This document shows, one piece after another, positions 1 to 10,534 of a stretch of DNA of 39,098 bases. The translations under genes were made by a program, and so were the position numbers. The notes beneath the pieces are model-generated. The model was not told the DNA's origin. It was given only the letters and a program-made list of their open reading frames with translations, and searched no databases. Location of the stretch: assembly GCF_001194135.2 (NCBI RefSeq), contig NC_068984.1, forward strand, positions 113,149,976 through 113,189,073, written 5' to 3'. This DNA comes from Octopus bimaculoides. Lineage: Eukaryota. How positions within the stretch are numbered: position 1 is the stretch's first letter; each line of letters opens with the position of its first letter.

Positions 1-93
<93 letters not shown>
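1..93. repeat. (CAT)n microsatellite
   Basis: Perfect CAT array from the window start to 93. Confidence 0.98.
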
Positions 94-96
<3 letters not shown>

Positions 97-126
97 CTCT
101 GGTGGCAAATAAATGAAATTATTATT
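94..126 (+). mobile_element. Extremely 5'-truncated 3' terminus of the L1/Tx1-like element
   Basis: CCTCTCTGGTGGCAAATAAATGAAATTATT resembles the terminus of the Tx1-like element at 31886-31914 (CGCCTTTGTGGCAGATAAATGAAATTATT). Confidence 0.45.
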
Positions 127-138
127 GCTATTACTATT

Positions 139-352
139 TAAGGTGGCGTGCTGGCCGAACTGTTAGCACTCCAGACGAAATACTTAGCGGCATTTCGTCT
201 GTCTTTATATTCTGAATTCAAATTCCGCCAACGTCGACTTTGCCTTTCATCCTTCCGGGGTCGATAAAATAAGTACCAGTTGAGCACTGAAGTTGACACA
301 ATCGACAAGCCGTTTCCTCCAAAATTCCAGGCCTTGTGCCTATAGTACAACT
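139..352 (+). mobile_element. SINE family A copy
   Basis: Head AAGGTGGCGTGCTGGCCGAACTGTTAGCAC, B-box-like GAATTCAAATTCC, body GTCGACTTTGCCTTTCATCC...GATAAAATAAGTACCAG, ATT tail; homologous to more than 15 other copies in the window. Confidence 0.9.
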
Positions 353-380
353 TATTATTATATAATATGGGAATAAACAT

Positions 381-481
381 AGCCTTTCATCCATCCAGAA
401 TCGATAAAATGGAGTACAGGTTAAGCACGAGGGACGATGCTATCGACTAAGCCTTCTGCCGTCAAAGTTTCGGCCTTTGTC
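381..481 (+). mobile_element. SINE family A, 3' half, degenerate
   Basis: GCCTTTCATCC...TCGATAAAAT...GATGCTATCGACT matches the family A body. Confidence 0.75.
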
Positions 482-482
482 T

Positions 483-484
<2 letters not shown>

Positions 485-556
<72 letters not shown>
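485..556. repeat. (ATT)n/(TAA)n microsatellite; tail or target of the adjacent R4/Dong element
   Basis: Perfect ATT array abutting the 3' end of the minus-strand LINE at about 557. Confidence 0.95.
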
Positions 557-557
557 T

Positions 558-2360
558 ACATTGAATCTGCATGTTTGTTACAGTCACTTGCCGAGACACA
601 CCCAGCGTCCTGGGGCGAGTGAAGGATAAGAGACGTTACAGTATGACTGAAAGTTTGGGGAGGGAAAGTAGCAAGGGCAGTAGCGACATATCTTCATGTG
701 ATACAACACAGACATTTAAATGAATGAATAGGGTTTTAGGGTTTTATAAGCATGTGGGCAGTACTTGTCAGTACAATCTTTTGGATTTCTCTGCGGCATG
801 GTTCTCCTGGGATCTTATTTAGATGTTTCTGATATCCCTTTTTTATCAAACTTAGGGCACCTACAATAACAGGAACAGTTCTCGCTTTAAAATACCATAT
901 CTTTTATATTTCAATTTCCAGGTCCTTATAGTTACTTAGTTTGTTCAATTCCTTTACAGATATATTTTTATCAGTGGAATCTATTAGTCTACTAGTATTT
1001 TCTTCCCCGTCTTTAATAATTATGTCTGGTCGATTAACCTGGATCGTTCTGTCATTGTTTACTGGAAAATTCCAGAGGATAGTGACATTTTTACCTATAA
1101 CGACTGGCTCAGGATGATGTTCATACCAGTAAGCAGGAGTGCTGATTTTGTAGTGTATACATATTTTCCAATATAAATTCTGTCCTACCCTATCGTGGAG
1201 AATTTTGTATTCGTTTGGTGTCAGCACAGGACATCCCGAGACGAGATGGTCTATTATTTCGTCAAATGTGTCGCAGAATCTGCCTTTAGGGTCAGAACCG
1301 TTTTGGGGAACGTTAGCCTGGTACTTTTTTGTGAGCAAAGTTTGATCTTGTGCCACCAATGTGAAACCTTCAGTATCAACTTTCATTCCTGAACTTCTCA
1401 GCCACTGATGGGTTGTTGCTTGATCTACATCAGCATTTCGACTTCGAAGTATATACTGTCCATGCAGAGGCTTCAGTCTCTACCGCTCCTCAATTTGTTC
1501 CTGCCCGTTCTTTTTTGCAGTCTGTTTGTTCCATTTTGCTTGTTTTGTGGCAGTGGCTTCAGGCTCTTCAAATATTTCAGGATTAATGCCACGTTCCCTT
1601 GCGAATCTGCAAGCTTCCTTGACAATAGAATGTGAATTTTTGCAGCTTCCGTTTTTGCACGCAAGTCGCAGCGTCCTCTGTACTAGCAATGAGTATCTAC
1701 TCATTGCTATTGAGGAGGTCTTATAGCATAGCTCTACCTGCATCATTCCTCTTCCTCCATTACTTCTAGGTAAGTACAGACGATCAACATCTACTTTTGG
1801 GCGGTGCATGTTCTTAGAAGCTAGTAGTTTTCATGTTCTTCTGTCCAGGCGTTGGAGCTCTGTAAGATTCCAGTTAATGATGTTAAAACTGCATTGGACT
1901 ATTGGAAGTGCCAGGGTGTTAATAGCTTCGATGCGATTTTTAGAATTAAATTCAGTTTCTAGTATGAGTCTTATTCTCCTGTAATATTCTTTCTTATTTT
2001 TCCTTCATAGTAGCATGTTGTATACCATCTCCTTCATTTATCCCCTGGTATTTGTAATCCTCTCTAGTCCATTTTATGCGTTTTGCTTTAGGTAATGTTT
2101 TTGGCGGCGTCACCACAGGTCTAGTATCAGGGTTATCCTGGATCTGGTTACCGAGCAGACTTTTCGACCTCCAGTCTATTTCTCCACTAGGTAACGCGGT
2201 CCTTGTTGTCCCGGGTGATGGCTTGTCATTAAGGTATTGACAGTGACAATAGGAGACGAGTCTGTTTGTTCAGAGTTGACTTTCTGACCTGACACCGCTT
2301 CCTTGTTCTTCGAATAGATATATTTATCATGTCGTAGGCTGATAGATCGAAAATCGCCTT
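558..2360 (-). mobile_element. R4/Dong-clade non-LTR retrotransposon (RLE type), internally deleted pseudogene
   Basis: Minus-strand translation gives N-terminal KRIKWTREDYK fused to RT-end YKYQGINEGDGIQHATMKEK, then RYYRRIRLILETEFNSKNRIEAINTL-like text, VDVDRLYLPRSNGGRG, HQWLRSSGMKVDTEGF, a CCHC knuckle (RFCDTFDEIIDHLVSGCP...HDRV), RLE RPDIIIKD...KELNKLSNYKDLEIEI and VPVIVGAL...TAHML, stop at 736-738. Multiple stops and frameshifts. Confidence 0.92.
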
Positions 2361-2444
2361 TATTTTTTATTTATTATTTTTTTTTTTTTTGGTAGTTATG
2401 TTTCTCGGCATAACTGTTTTAGTAGAAAGGAATATTACTATTAT

Positions 2445-2456
2445 TATTATTATTAT

Positions 2457-2514
<58 letters not shown>
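2445..2514. repeat. Compound (ATT)n(AGT)n microsatellite
   Basis: Direct reading. Confidence 0.95.
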
Positions 2515-2515
<1 letters not shown>

Positions 2516-2623
2516 CCGGGGCTACAGCAGAACTCACTTGCCCAAGGCGCCACACAATGAGGTTGAACACGAAACCATGTGGTTGGAAATCAAGCTTCTT
2601 ACCACACAGCCATACCTACGCCT
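2515..2623 (-). mobile_element. SINE family B, head only
   Basis: Reverse complement matches the head at 4501-4600 (TGGCTGTGTGGTAAG...CCTTGGGCAAGTG). Confidence 0.8.
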
Positions 2624-3107
2624 GTGATTTATCTTATAAACAATTAGTTACGTTTATTACCTTGGTATTTTGAATTTAAGCAAAATATGTGAATAAATGT
2701 CGGCTTGAAGCAATGGAATATGATAATATTTATTGGTTTCATATACTGAAAAATATCAACGAATATCTTCAAATGATACATTTAATTGATTTACAAGATA
2801 CCTAAATAAGATTCTAATAAAATAATTATTTCTTAGGTTTGTCTCAGAGGAGAATTTTGCTCTCGTTTGATGAAGTTATTTACACAAGTATGAAATATTT
2901 TAAATGTCATTATGGAGTCTAGTTGCTCAAATCTGTGTCTCCGTATTGTATCTATTGTCGATTTGCTCAAGTCTCCTGTAGCGTAGAATACCTTTAAAAT
3001 GGTCTCAGATTATATTCATCGTTGAAAGAGCGAACCTAACACTTGTTGAGATATGTACCATCGTATCTTTACCGACGTCGTCTCTGCTTCCATTATTATT
3101 GCCTGTT

Positions 3108-3328
3108 GAAGTCTGCGAGCTGGCAGTATCGTTAGCACACCGTGGAAAAAGGCTTAGCAGTATTTTGTCCTGTCTTTATGTTCTGAGTACACATTCCACC
3201 GAGGTTGACTTCGCTTTTCGTCCTTTCGGAGTCGTTAAAATAAGTATCAGATGAGCACTGGGGTCGATGCACTCGACTAGCCCACCGCCCACCAAATTTC
3301 AGGCCCTGTGCCTATAGTAGAAAAAATT
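3108..3328 (+). mobile_element. SINE family A copy
   Basis: GCGAGCTGGCAGTATCGTTAGCAC...GAGCACTGGGGTCGATG...TGTGCCTATAGTAGAAA. Confidence 0.88.
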
Positions 3329-3331
3329 ATT

Positions 3332-3652
3332 TAAGGTGGCGAGTTGGTTGAATAGTTTGCCGGACAAATACTTCTTTCGGCTTTACGTTCTGATTTTACC
3401 TTTTATCCTTCTGGGATACTCTTTACTCTTAACTCTTTTACTCTTTTACTTGTTTCAGTCATTTGACTGCGGCCATGCTGGAGCACCGCCTTTAGCCGAG
3501 CAAATCAACCCCAAGACTTATTCTTTGTAACCCTAGTACTTATTCTATCGTTCTCTTTTGTCGAACCGCTAAGTTACGGGGACGCAAACACACCAGCATC
3601 GGTTGTCAAGCGATGTTGGGGGGGGGGCAAACACAGACACACAGACATATAC

Positions 3653-3730
<78 letters not shown>

Positions 3731-3992
3731 GACGGGCTTCTTTCAGTTTCCGTCTACCAAATCCATTCACAAGGCTTTGGTCGGCCCGAGGCTATAGTTT
3801 AAGACACTTGCCCAAGTTGCCACGCAGTGGGAATGAACCCACAACCATGTCGTTGGTAAGCAAGCTACTTACCACACAGCCACTCATGTGCCTATAGATA
3901 AAATAAGTAACAATCGAGCACTGGCGTCGATGTCATTAACTAAATTCGTCCTTCTCCATAATTTCCAGACTTTGTGCCAATAGGAGAAAAAA
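3332..3992 (+). mobile_element. SINE family A copy split by a family B insertion (parts 3332-3418 and 3897-3992)
   Basis: The family A head stops at GGGATA (3418) and resumes at GATAAAATAAGTA (3897); GATA is duplicated at both junctions. Confidence 0.75.
3419..3896 (-). mobile_element. SINE family B, full length, with internal (TA)n(TG)n tract
   Basis: Reverse complement is colinear with 4501-5156; tRNA-like head, CORE-like CCTTGGGCAAGTG, short tandem tail (AAAAGAGT)n. Confidence 0.92.
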
Positions 3993-4500
3993 TATTATCA
4001 TCGGTTGATTTGGTATAATCATTCATAAAATAAAACAGACGTTTTTCATTCACTCGTTTGTTGCAACACTCCAGATCGTCATCTTGGTTTATATTATCTT
4101 CATGTTCTGTCATCATGGCTAGAAGGGGCACCACGCCTTCCTCTTCTTCTTTAGGTCTAAAATGTTTGTAAAAGCCTGAAAATTTTACCTGTTCTGTGTA
4201 TCACATATGATACATAAGATATATATCCTGACACCCATGACTTCTATATGATTCCCATTTAATTTTTCAGCCACGAAAAGAAAAGAAAGCTTATTTTTTT
4301 TTTCTCAGAGCGTATGAAACAAAGGCTAACTAAAAATCTGGAAACAAACACGACCAAATTTATGAAAATGATTTGGACAAGTAAACGGTTAAGACTATTC
4401 TGCGATTTTGAAATTAGATTAATAGCATTGAATAATGTGATATTCGCGGTAAAATCATTTGCTACTACTTCTGAATTAACTTTAATATAATATCAACTAA

Positions 4501-4893
4501 TATAGGAGTGGCTGTGTAGTAAGTAGCTTGCTTACCATCCACATAGTTTCGAGTTCAGTCCCAATGTGTGGCACCTTGGGCAAGTGTCTTCTACTATAGC
4601 TACGGGCCGACCAAAGCCTTGTGAGTGGATTTGGTAGACGGAAACTGAAAGAAGCCCGTCGTATATATATGTATANNNNNNNNNNNNNNNNNNNNNNNNN
4701 NNNNNNNNNNNNNNNNNNNNNNNNNNNNNNNNNNNNNNNNNNNNNNNNNNNNNNNNNNNNNNNNNNNNNNNNNNNNNNNNNNNNNNNNNNNNNNNNNNNN
4801 NNNNNNNNNNNNNNNNNNNNNNNNNNNNNNNNNNNNNNNNNNNNNNNNNNNNNNNNNNNNNNNNNNNNNTATATATATATATATTTATATATA

Positions 4894-4930
<37 letters not shown>

Positions 4931-5156
4931 ATGTGTGTGTATATGTTTGTGTGTCTGTGTTTGTCCTCCAACATCGCCTGACAACCGATGCTGGTGTGTT
5001 TACGTCCCCATAACTTAGTGGTTCGGCTAAAGAGAACGATAGAATAAGTACTAGGCTTACAAAGAATAAGTCCTGGGGTCGATTTGCTCGATTAGAGGCG
5101 GTGCTCCAGCATGACCGCAGTCAAATGACTGAAACAATTAAATGAGTAAAAGAGTA
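4501..5156 (+). mobile_element. SINE family B, full length; internal microsatellite contains an assembly gap
   Basis: A-box-like TGGCTGTGTAGT, B-box-like GAGTTCAGTC, body GGAAACTGAAAGAAGCCCGTCG(TA)n...ACAACCGATGCTGGTGTGTTTACGTCCCC, tail GAGTAAAAGAGTA. Confidence 0.92.
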
Positions 5157-5682
5157 ATATTTACATTGATGTAATTGATATATGGAAATATTTTCTGACC
5201 AGAACACAGTTTCGTAATGCTAGGAAGAATAAATATATATTTGAATTGTTTAAGATTTACAACAGCTGGATAAAGAGCAAAATTGTCAATAAACAATACA
5301 GTTTTATTTTCTTCTTTCGGATTATGTCTCTGTCAAATTTCCTCAGTTATATGGTAAATATTCTTCTGCCCATCCAGTTGATCTCGTTGCTATTATATGT
5401 CATCGGAAGTGTCTTCCAAACAAACATCAACGTTGTTTATGCTTCTCGATCACTGGTAATATTATATTTTGTCACTTCAAGAAACTCTATAACTGGAAGC
5501 TCTATAACTAAAACGCCATCTTCGCGTTTATTATATTTATGAATGAACATGATTTGAACATCAACACATAGGCCTTATAAGGCACAGAATATGACACGTA
5601 AATTTATTACTAGCTCAAGAGAATCAAACTCATTACTCTACAAGACAATAACTATGTACATAAAGTTTACTTACGTTCTACT

Positions 5683-6325
5683 TATATATATATATATATA
5701 AATACACACACATGCACACACACGCAAACACANNNNNNNNNNNNNNNNNNNNNNNNNNNNNNNNNNNNNNNNNNNNNNNNNNNNNNNNNNNNNNNNNNNN
5801 NNNNNNNNNNNNNNNNNNNNNNNNNNNNNNNNNNNNNNNNNNNNNNNNNNNNNNNNNNNNNNNNNNNNNNNNNNNNNNNNNNNNNNNNNNNNNNNNNNNN
5901 NNNNNNNNNNNNNNNNNNNNNNNNNNNNNNNNNNNNNNNNNNNNNNNNTTTCGTAATATTACTAGTTATTGCTTTGGGTGTAAACCGAATTTATATATAT
6001 ATATATATAATAGAAATATGTTACAAAAACAAAATAGAAACTACACGTGGAAATGTAAGGGGAAAGTAAGCAGAAAAATAAGTGAAAATGCACATTGGAA
6101 ATCAAAAAAAAAAAGTTTGAGGCTTTTTATGAAAAGTAACGATAGATATATACAATTAGATGAACTGAGGTAGGAATAAAGGTAATAAAAGTCATTATTG
6201 TGAGTTGTTAAAGAGATTTAAAAGCATACCGGTTTCGTAATATTACTAGTTATTGCTTTGGGTGTAAACCGAATTTATATATATATATATATAAATACAC
6301 ACACATGCACACACACGCAAACACA
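5683..6325. other. Duplicated sequence around a gap (probable mis-assembly or tandem duplication)
   Basis: 5949-6009 is identical to 6233-6293, and 5700-5732 is identical to 6293-6325. Confidence 0.8.
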
Positions 6326-6339
6326 AACACAGTTATATA

Positions 6340-6465
6340 AATTGTGTGTGTGTGTCTTTATGCCTGTATCTGTCCCCATCACCGCTTGAAAACCGGTCTT
6401 GATGTGTTTACGTCACCGTAAGTTATCAGCTCGTCAAAAGAGACCGATAGAGTAAGTATCAGGCT
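6340..6465 (+). mobile_element. SINE family B internal fragment
   Basis: GTGTTTACGTCACCGTAAGTTATC...AAAAGAGACCGATAGAGTAAGTA matches the family B 3' half. Confidence 0.75.
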
Positions 6466-6504
6466 GTGATGTTATTTTACTCATTATCCCATTATCATTT
6501 GACA

Positions 6505-6714
6505 ACCAGCCAGCAGGATCGTTAGCACGTCGGGGAAAAAAGGCTTAACGGTATTTCTTTCGGATCATAACGTTCTTAGTTCAAATTCTGCTGCGGTCGA
6601 CTTTCATCCCTCCGTAGTCGATAGAATAAAGAAAACAGTCAAGTACGGATGTCGATGAAATCGACTTGCGCCGTTCCCTCAAAATTGCTGTTCTTCTGCT
6701 AAAAGTTGAAACCA
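6505..6714 (+). mobile_element. SINE family A copy
   Basis: GGATCGTTAGCACGTCGGG...GTTCAAATTCTG...AAAAGTTGAAACCATT. Confidence 0.85.
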
Positions 6715-7299
6715 TTTTTCCTTGATCATAACACCACAAAATGACATATCTAGTATATTTATCCTCCAGTCACTCAAAATCATATTTTAATGATATCTAC
6801 GGGCATAACAGTAGTTTCGTCTCCTATGAGGTTTTTTGCAGTTCATTTTGATATCCTTAATTCACTCAAGATAAACCGTATTAATAGATTCTGACAATGA
6901 TTTCATATTCTTTAATCTATTTAATGATGGCAACTAGGGTTAAGACAAATTTAATAGTGTTGATCGCGGATTTGATACTGAATACAAAAAAATGGCGTCT
7001 ATTCATTGCATTATTCAAAATCATGTTTTTATATCATCCACAATGAAGATTTATTTCTTCAAAAAAATAAAGAAAAATTATTTCAATTAAATAAAGTAAT
7101 ATTTTAACCTTTAATTCACTAAATTGCTGAAAATAACTTGAATACATTTGACTCGCCTGACACGGGAATCACTAATTTTCACATTAAATTAAATAAATGT
7201 TCAATATTATGCTAAATTTTGTCAATTTCATTTTATTCAAAATCGATAAAAATGACACAATAGACTTTATTTGCATACGCAATTAACCAGTCAATTTTA

Positions 7300-8145
7300 C
7301 ATAGATTTCAAACTAAATTCTTAGATCTCGTGAAAAGTTAAGCAATTAATTAAATTCTACAAATATCTACAAATTCTACAAATTAAATTCTACAAATATC
7401 CAGCGATCCACAGAATAACGAAGGCGCAAATACAATGCAAAAATGACATTAGACATAAGAAACACACCAAACATACACAAAATATATTATATGAATCAAA
7501 TGCATAGTAACTATAGAACAGCAGGAAATATTAAAAAGCTAATGAAACGGAACACAAAATGCATCATACAAAACAACAAACTAACCATAATAAAACACAA
7601 CAAAAATACTAAAATCAAAATCCATTTCATCAGTAACAAACCATACATCTGTAAAACCGAGACCACGCTGCAAATAAAGAATGTGATTTATAACATTGAT
7701 CGTAAAAATTGTCGGTAGTTAACATCATGACTCCAACTGTTACATTGGCCATCTAAGTACAACACTGCCTTGTAGAATCACTGTGTATTTACTACAAGGA
7801 ACAATTGCAACATACTACGCCGTACAACACAAAACAAAACCTAGAACGGATGACATTCGTAAATAACAAATACATACTTTATAAGTCACCAGAAAAAAAA
7901 ACGGCAGATTACTAACTGAAATTTTACTCAAAGCACAACATGATGCTGAAACAAACATACTAACAGCATGCATACACATCACAAAAAAATTAAACGTTAC
8001 TAATGAGGTATAACTTGTGAAGATCAAAACATAAAAATTAGCGAAAAGAACAAAACGTCAAAATATTTGCGTAACTTAGTAATGAGACTGTTACACAGTT
8101 CAAATTCTGAAAATATGGCTGGGGAAGCCTAAAAGCGTTGATGAT
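7300..8145 (+). mobile_element. Degenerate Penelope-like element, linker plus GIY-YIG endonuclease relic
   Basis: Translation across a frameshift gives KIYYMNQMHSNYRT...NVIYNIDRKNC...CYIGHLSTTLPCRITVYLLQGTI, a VIY...YIG GIY-YIG pattern; a hammerhead-like relic follows at 8104-8142. Confidence 0.7.
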
Positions 8146-8319
8146 TACGATGGAGTTAATGACTTGGTTATTGTAAGTGAACTGCATGAAACCCATATGA
8201 AAATATGAAAAAGTCATAATCTAAAAGTTAAAAGCTGAATATAGTCTTGTATTTAATGCAATATGTTTAAAAGAAGACTTGTTTATGTGCGTGTACGTCG
8301 AGAGCATCACCTCCAGAAA

Positions 8320-8816
8320 TGTGGTATTGTGCATCATCGAGAATTCGTTCCCTAGGGGCAGACCATCAATTGAAAGTTCTACTACGACGTTTCAAAACGT
8401 TTGAAAAACATTCGGGGAAAGCGACCTGATCTGTGGAGCGCAACAAATTGGATTCTTCACGACGACATTGTACCCTGTCACCGAGCTCTCCTCACTCACG
8501 AATTTCTCGGCAAATACAACATGGTATCACTTTCGCACGTTCCCTATTCAACAATTTAGCAACTGTGGACTTCCATGTCTTCTCCAAATGCACCTCAAAA
8601 GTCAGCGTTTTAACACCGTTGTCGGGATACAGAGTGAATCACAGAAGGTCCTTGACTCGCTTACAGAAAACGACTTCCAGGCCCGATTCCAAGTGGGGCA
8701 AGAACGTTGGTACCGATGTATTGCTGCACAAGGTGACTATTTACCTAAAACTTAGGTAAATAAGTTATTTCTTTATTAAGCATAACTAGGCCTGAACTTT
8801 TTGACATCACCTCGTA
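8320..8816 (+). mobile_element. Tc1/mariner transposase 3' fragment with right TIR
   Basis: GIVHHREFVP.GQTIN, KRPDLW...WILHDDIVPCH, degenerate YSPDL motif, RWYRCIAAQGDY; terminus GAACTTTTTGACATCACCTCG followed by TA (8815-8816). Confidence 0.9.
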
Positions 8817-9033
8817 AATATACAGAACTTGATTGTTTGGGACCGTCACTAGACACGTTCACTCAACTGCAATCAGCTTTAACATTCGGAACAAAAAATA
8901 CTGTCACATGACATTAATGCACGGACGAAACAGGGAATTTACAAAGACTTCTGAGGCTAATAAAGGGATCTCAATGATTTGTAGGAACGTGATATTTCGT
9001 TATGCAAGCATAATATACTATAAAGTATATTAG

Positions 9034-9498
9034 TATGCAAATTGGTTTATCCAATAACGTAACACTGCTGTATGCAATGGTTATATAAGCAATGTGTTCA
9101 CAGGCGAGAACGGGTTAGATGGGTACTGGTGAAAGAGCAGAAAATCCCCAAATATGGCATATATGCTCATTACCCATTTTTGTCTTCGATCTCATTGTTT
9201 ATTTACATCTGACATCTTGATACGAAACGTCGTAGCAAAAGTCAATGCTGGTTATAATTTCTATCGAATATCTGTAGACATAATCTTAGCAAAATAATGT
9301 AAAAAGCCCTGCTAACACAGTATTAACTTATAAAACATCTAATATACTTTATAGCATATTATGTTTGCATAACGAAATACCACGTACCTACGAACCATTA
9401 ATATTTACGTACCAGCTTCCAGGAATGTGTTTAATATGTAAATTGATATATTCAATAACGTAACACCGCTATATGCAGTGGCTATTTAAGTAATGTAT
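9034..9498. repeat. Diverged direct repeat of about 64 bp with 401-bp period
   Basis: 9034-9097 aligns with 9435-9498 (CAATAACGTAACAC core); the second copy is cut by the gap. Confidence 0.8.
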
Positions 9499-10091
9499 NN
9501 NNNNNNNNNNNNNNNNNNNNNNNNNNNNNNNNNNNNNNNNNNNNNNNNNNNNNNNNNNNNNNNNNNNNNNNNNNNNNNNNNNNNNNNNNNNNNNNNNNNN
9601 NNNNNNNNNNNNNNNNNNNNNNNNNNNNNNNNNNNNNNNNNNNNNNNNNNNNNNNNNNNNNNNNNNNNNNNNNNNNNNNNNNNNNNNNNNNNNNNNNNNN
9701 NNNNNNNNNNNNNNNNNNNNNNNNNNNNNNNNNNNNNNNNNNNNNNNNNNNNNNNNNNNNNNNNNNNNNNNNNNNNNNNNNNNNNNNNNNNNNNNNNNNN
9801 NNNNNNNNNNNNNNNNNNNNNNNNNNNNNNNNNNNNNNNNNNNNNNNNNNNNNNNNNNNNNNNNNNNNNNNNNNNNNNNNNNNNNNNNNNNNNNNNNNNN
9901 NNNNNNNNNNNNNNNNNNNNNNNNNNNNNNNNNNNNNNNNNNNNNNNNNNNNNNNNNNNNNNNNNNNNNNNNNNNNNNNNNNNNNNNNNNNNNNNNNNNN
10001 NNNNNNNNNNNNNNNNNNNNNNNNNNNNNNNNNNNNNNNNNNNNNNNNNNNNNNNNNNNNNNNNNNNNNNNNNNNNNNNNNNNNNNNNNNN

Positions 10092-10411
10092 GTGTGTGTG
10101 TGTGTGTGTGTGTGTGTGTGGATAGATAGATAGATACATACATACATACATACATATCCATTCACATACACGTATATATTCACACATAGACTGCTTATTT
10201 ATTAGTCAAAATGACCAGATTCAGTCAGACTCAGTACACATTTATTCCGGAAATGTACAGTCTTTATAAACATAGTGGTGTATGCCTATGTTTAAATAAT
10301 TACACACGTTATGAATACATACATATACGCAAATAAGCTGTATCTGGCTCTCTATACAAACATATATACTTATTTGTGTGAAGGCACGTACGTCTGCTTT
10401 TCCAGCCTTCC

Positions 10412-10447
<36 letters not shown>

Positions 10448-10496
10448 CCTTTCTCCCTGTATATATACGTATACCTATATGTATACATATATATAA

Positions 10497-10534
<38 letters not shown>

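Noticed and set aside
4054-4156. Minus-strand possible exon PKEEEEGVVPLLAMMTEHEDNINQDDDL
   Set aside because: Weak donor (GTGAAT), no partner exon or homologue; the ORF ends inside a SINE.
5400-5570. Minus-strand DGVLVIELP resembling the alpha-crystallin/HSP20 C-terminal strand
   Set aside because: Only a short motif; the rest of the domain is absent and no splice sites support it.
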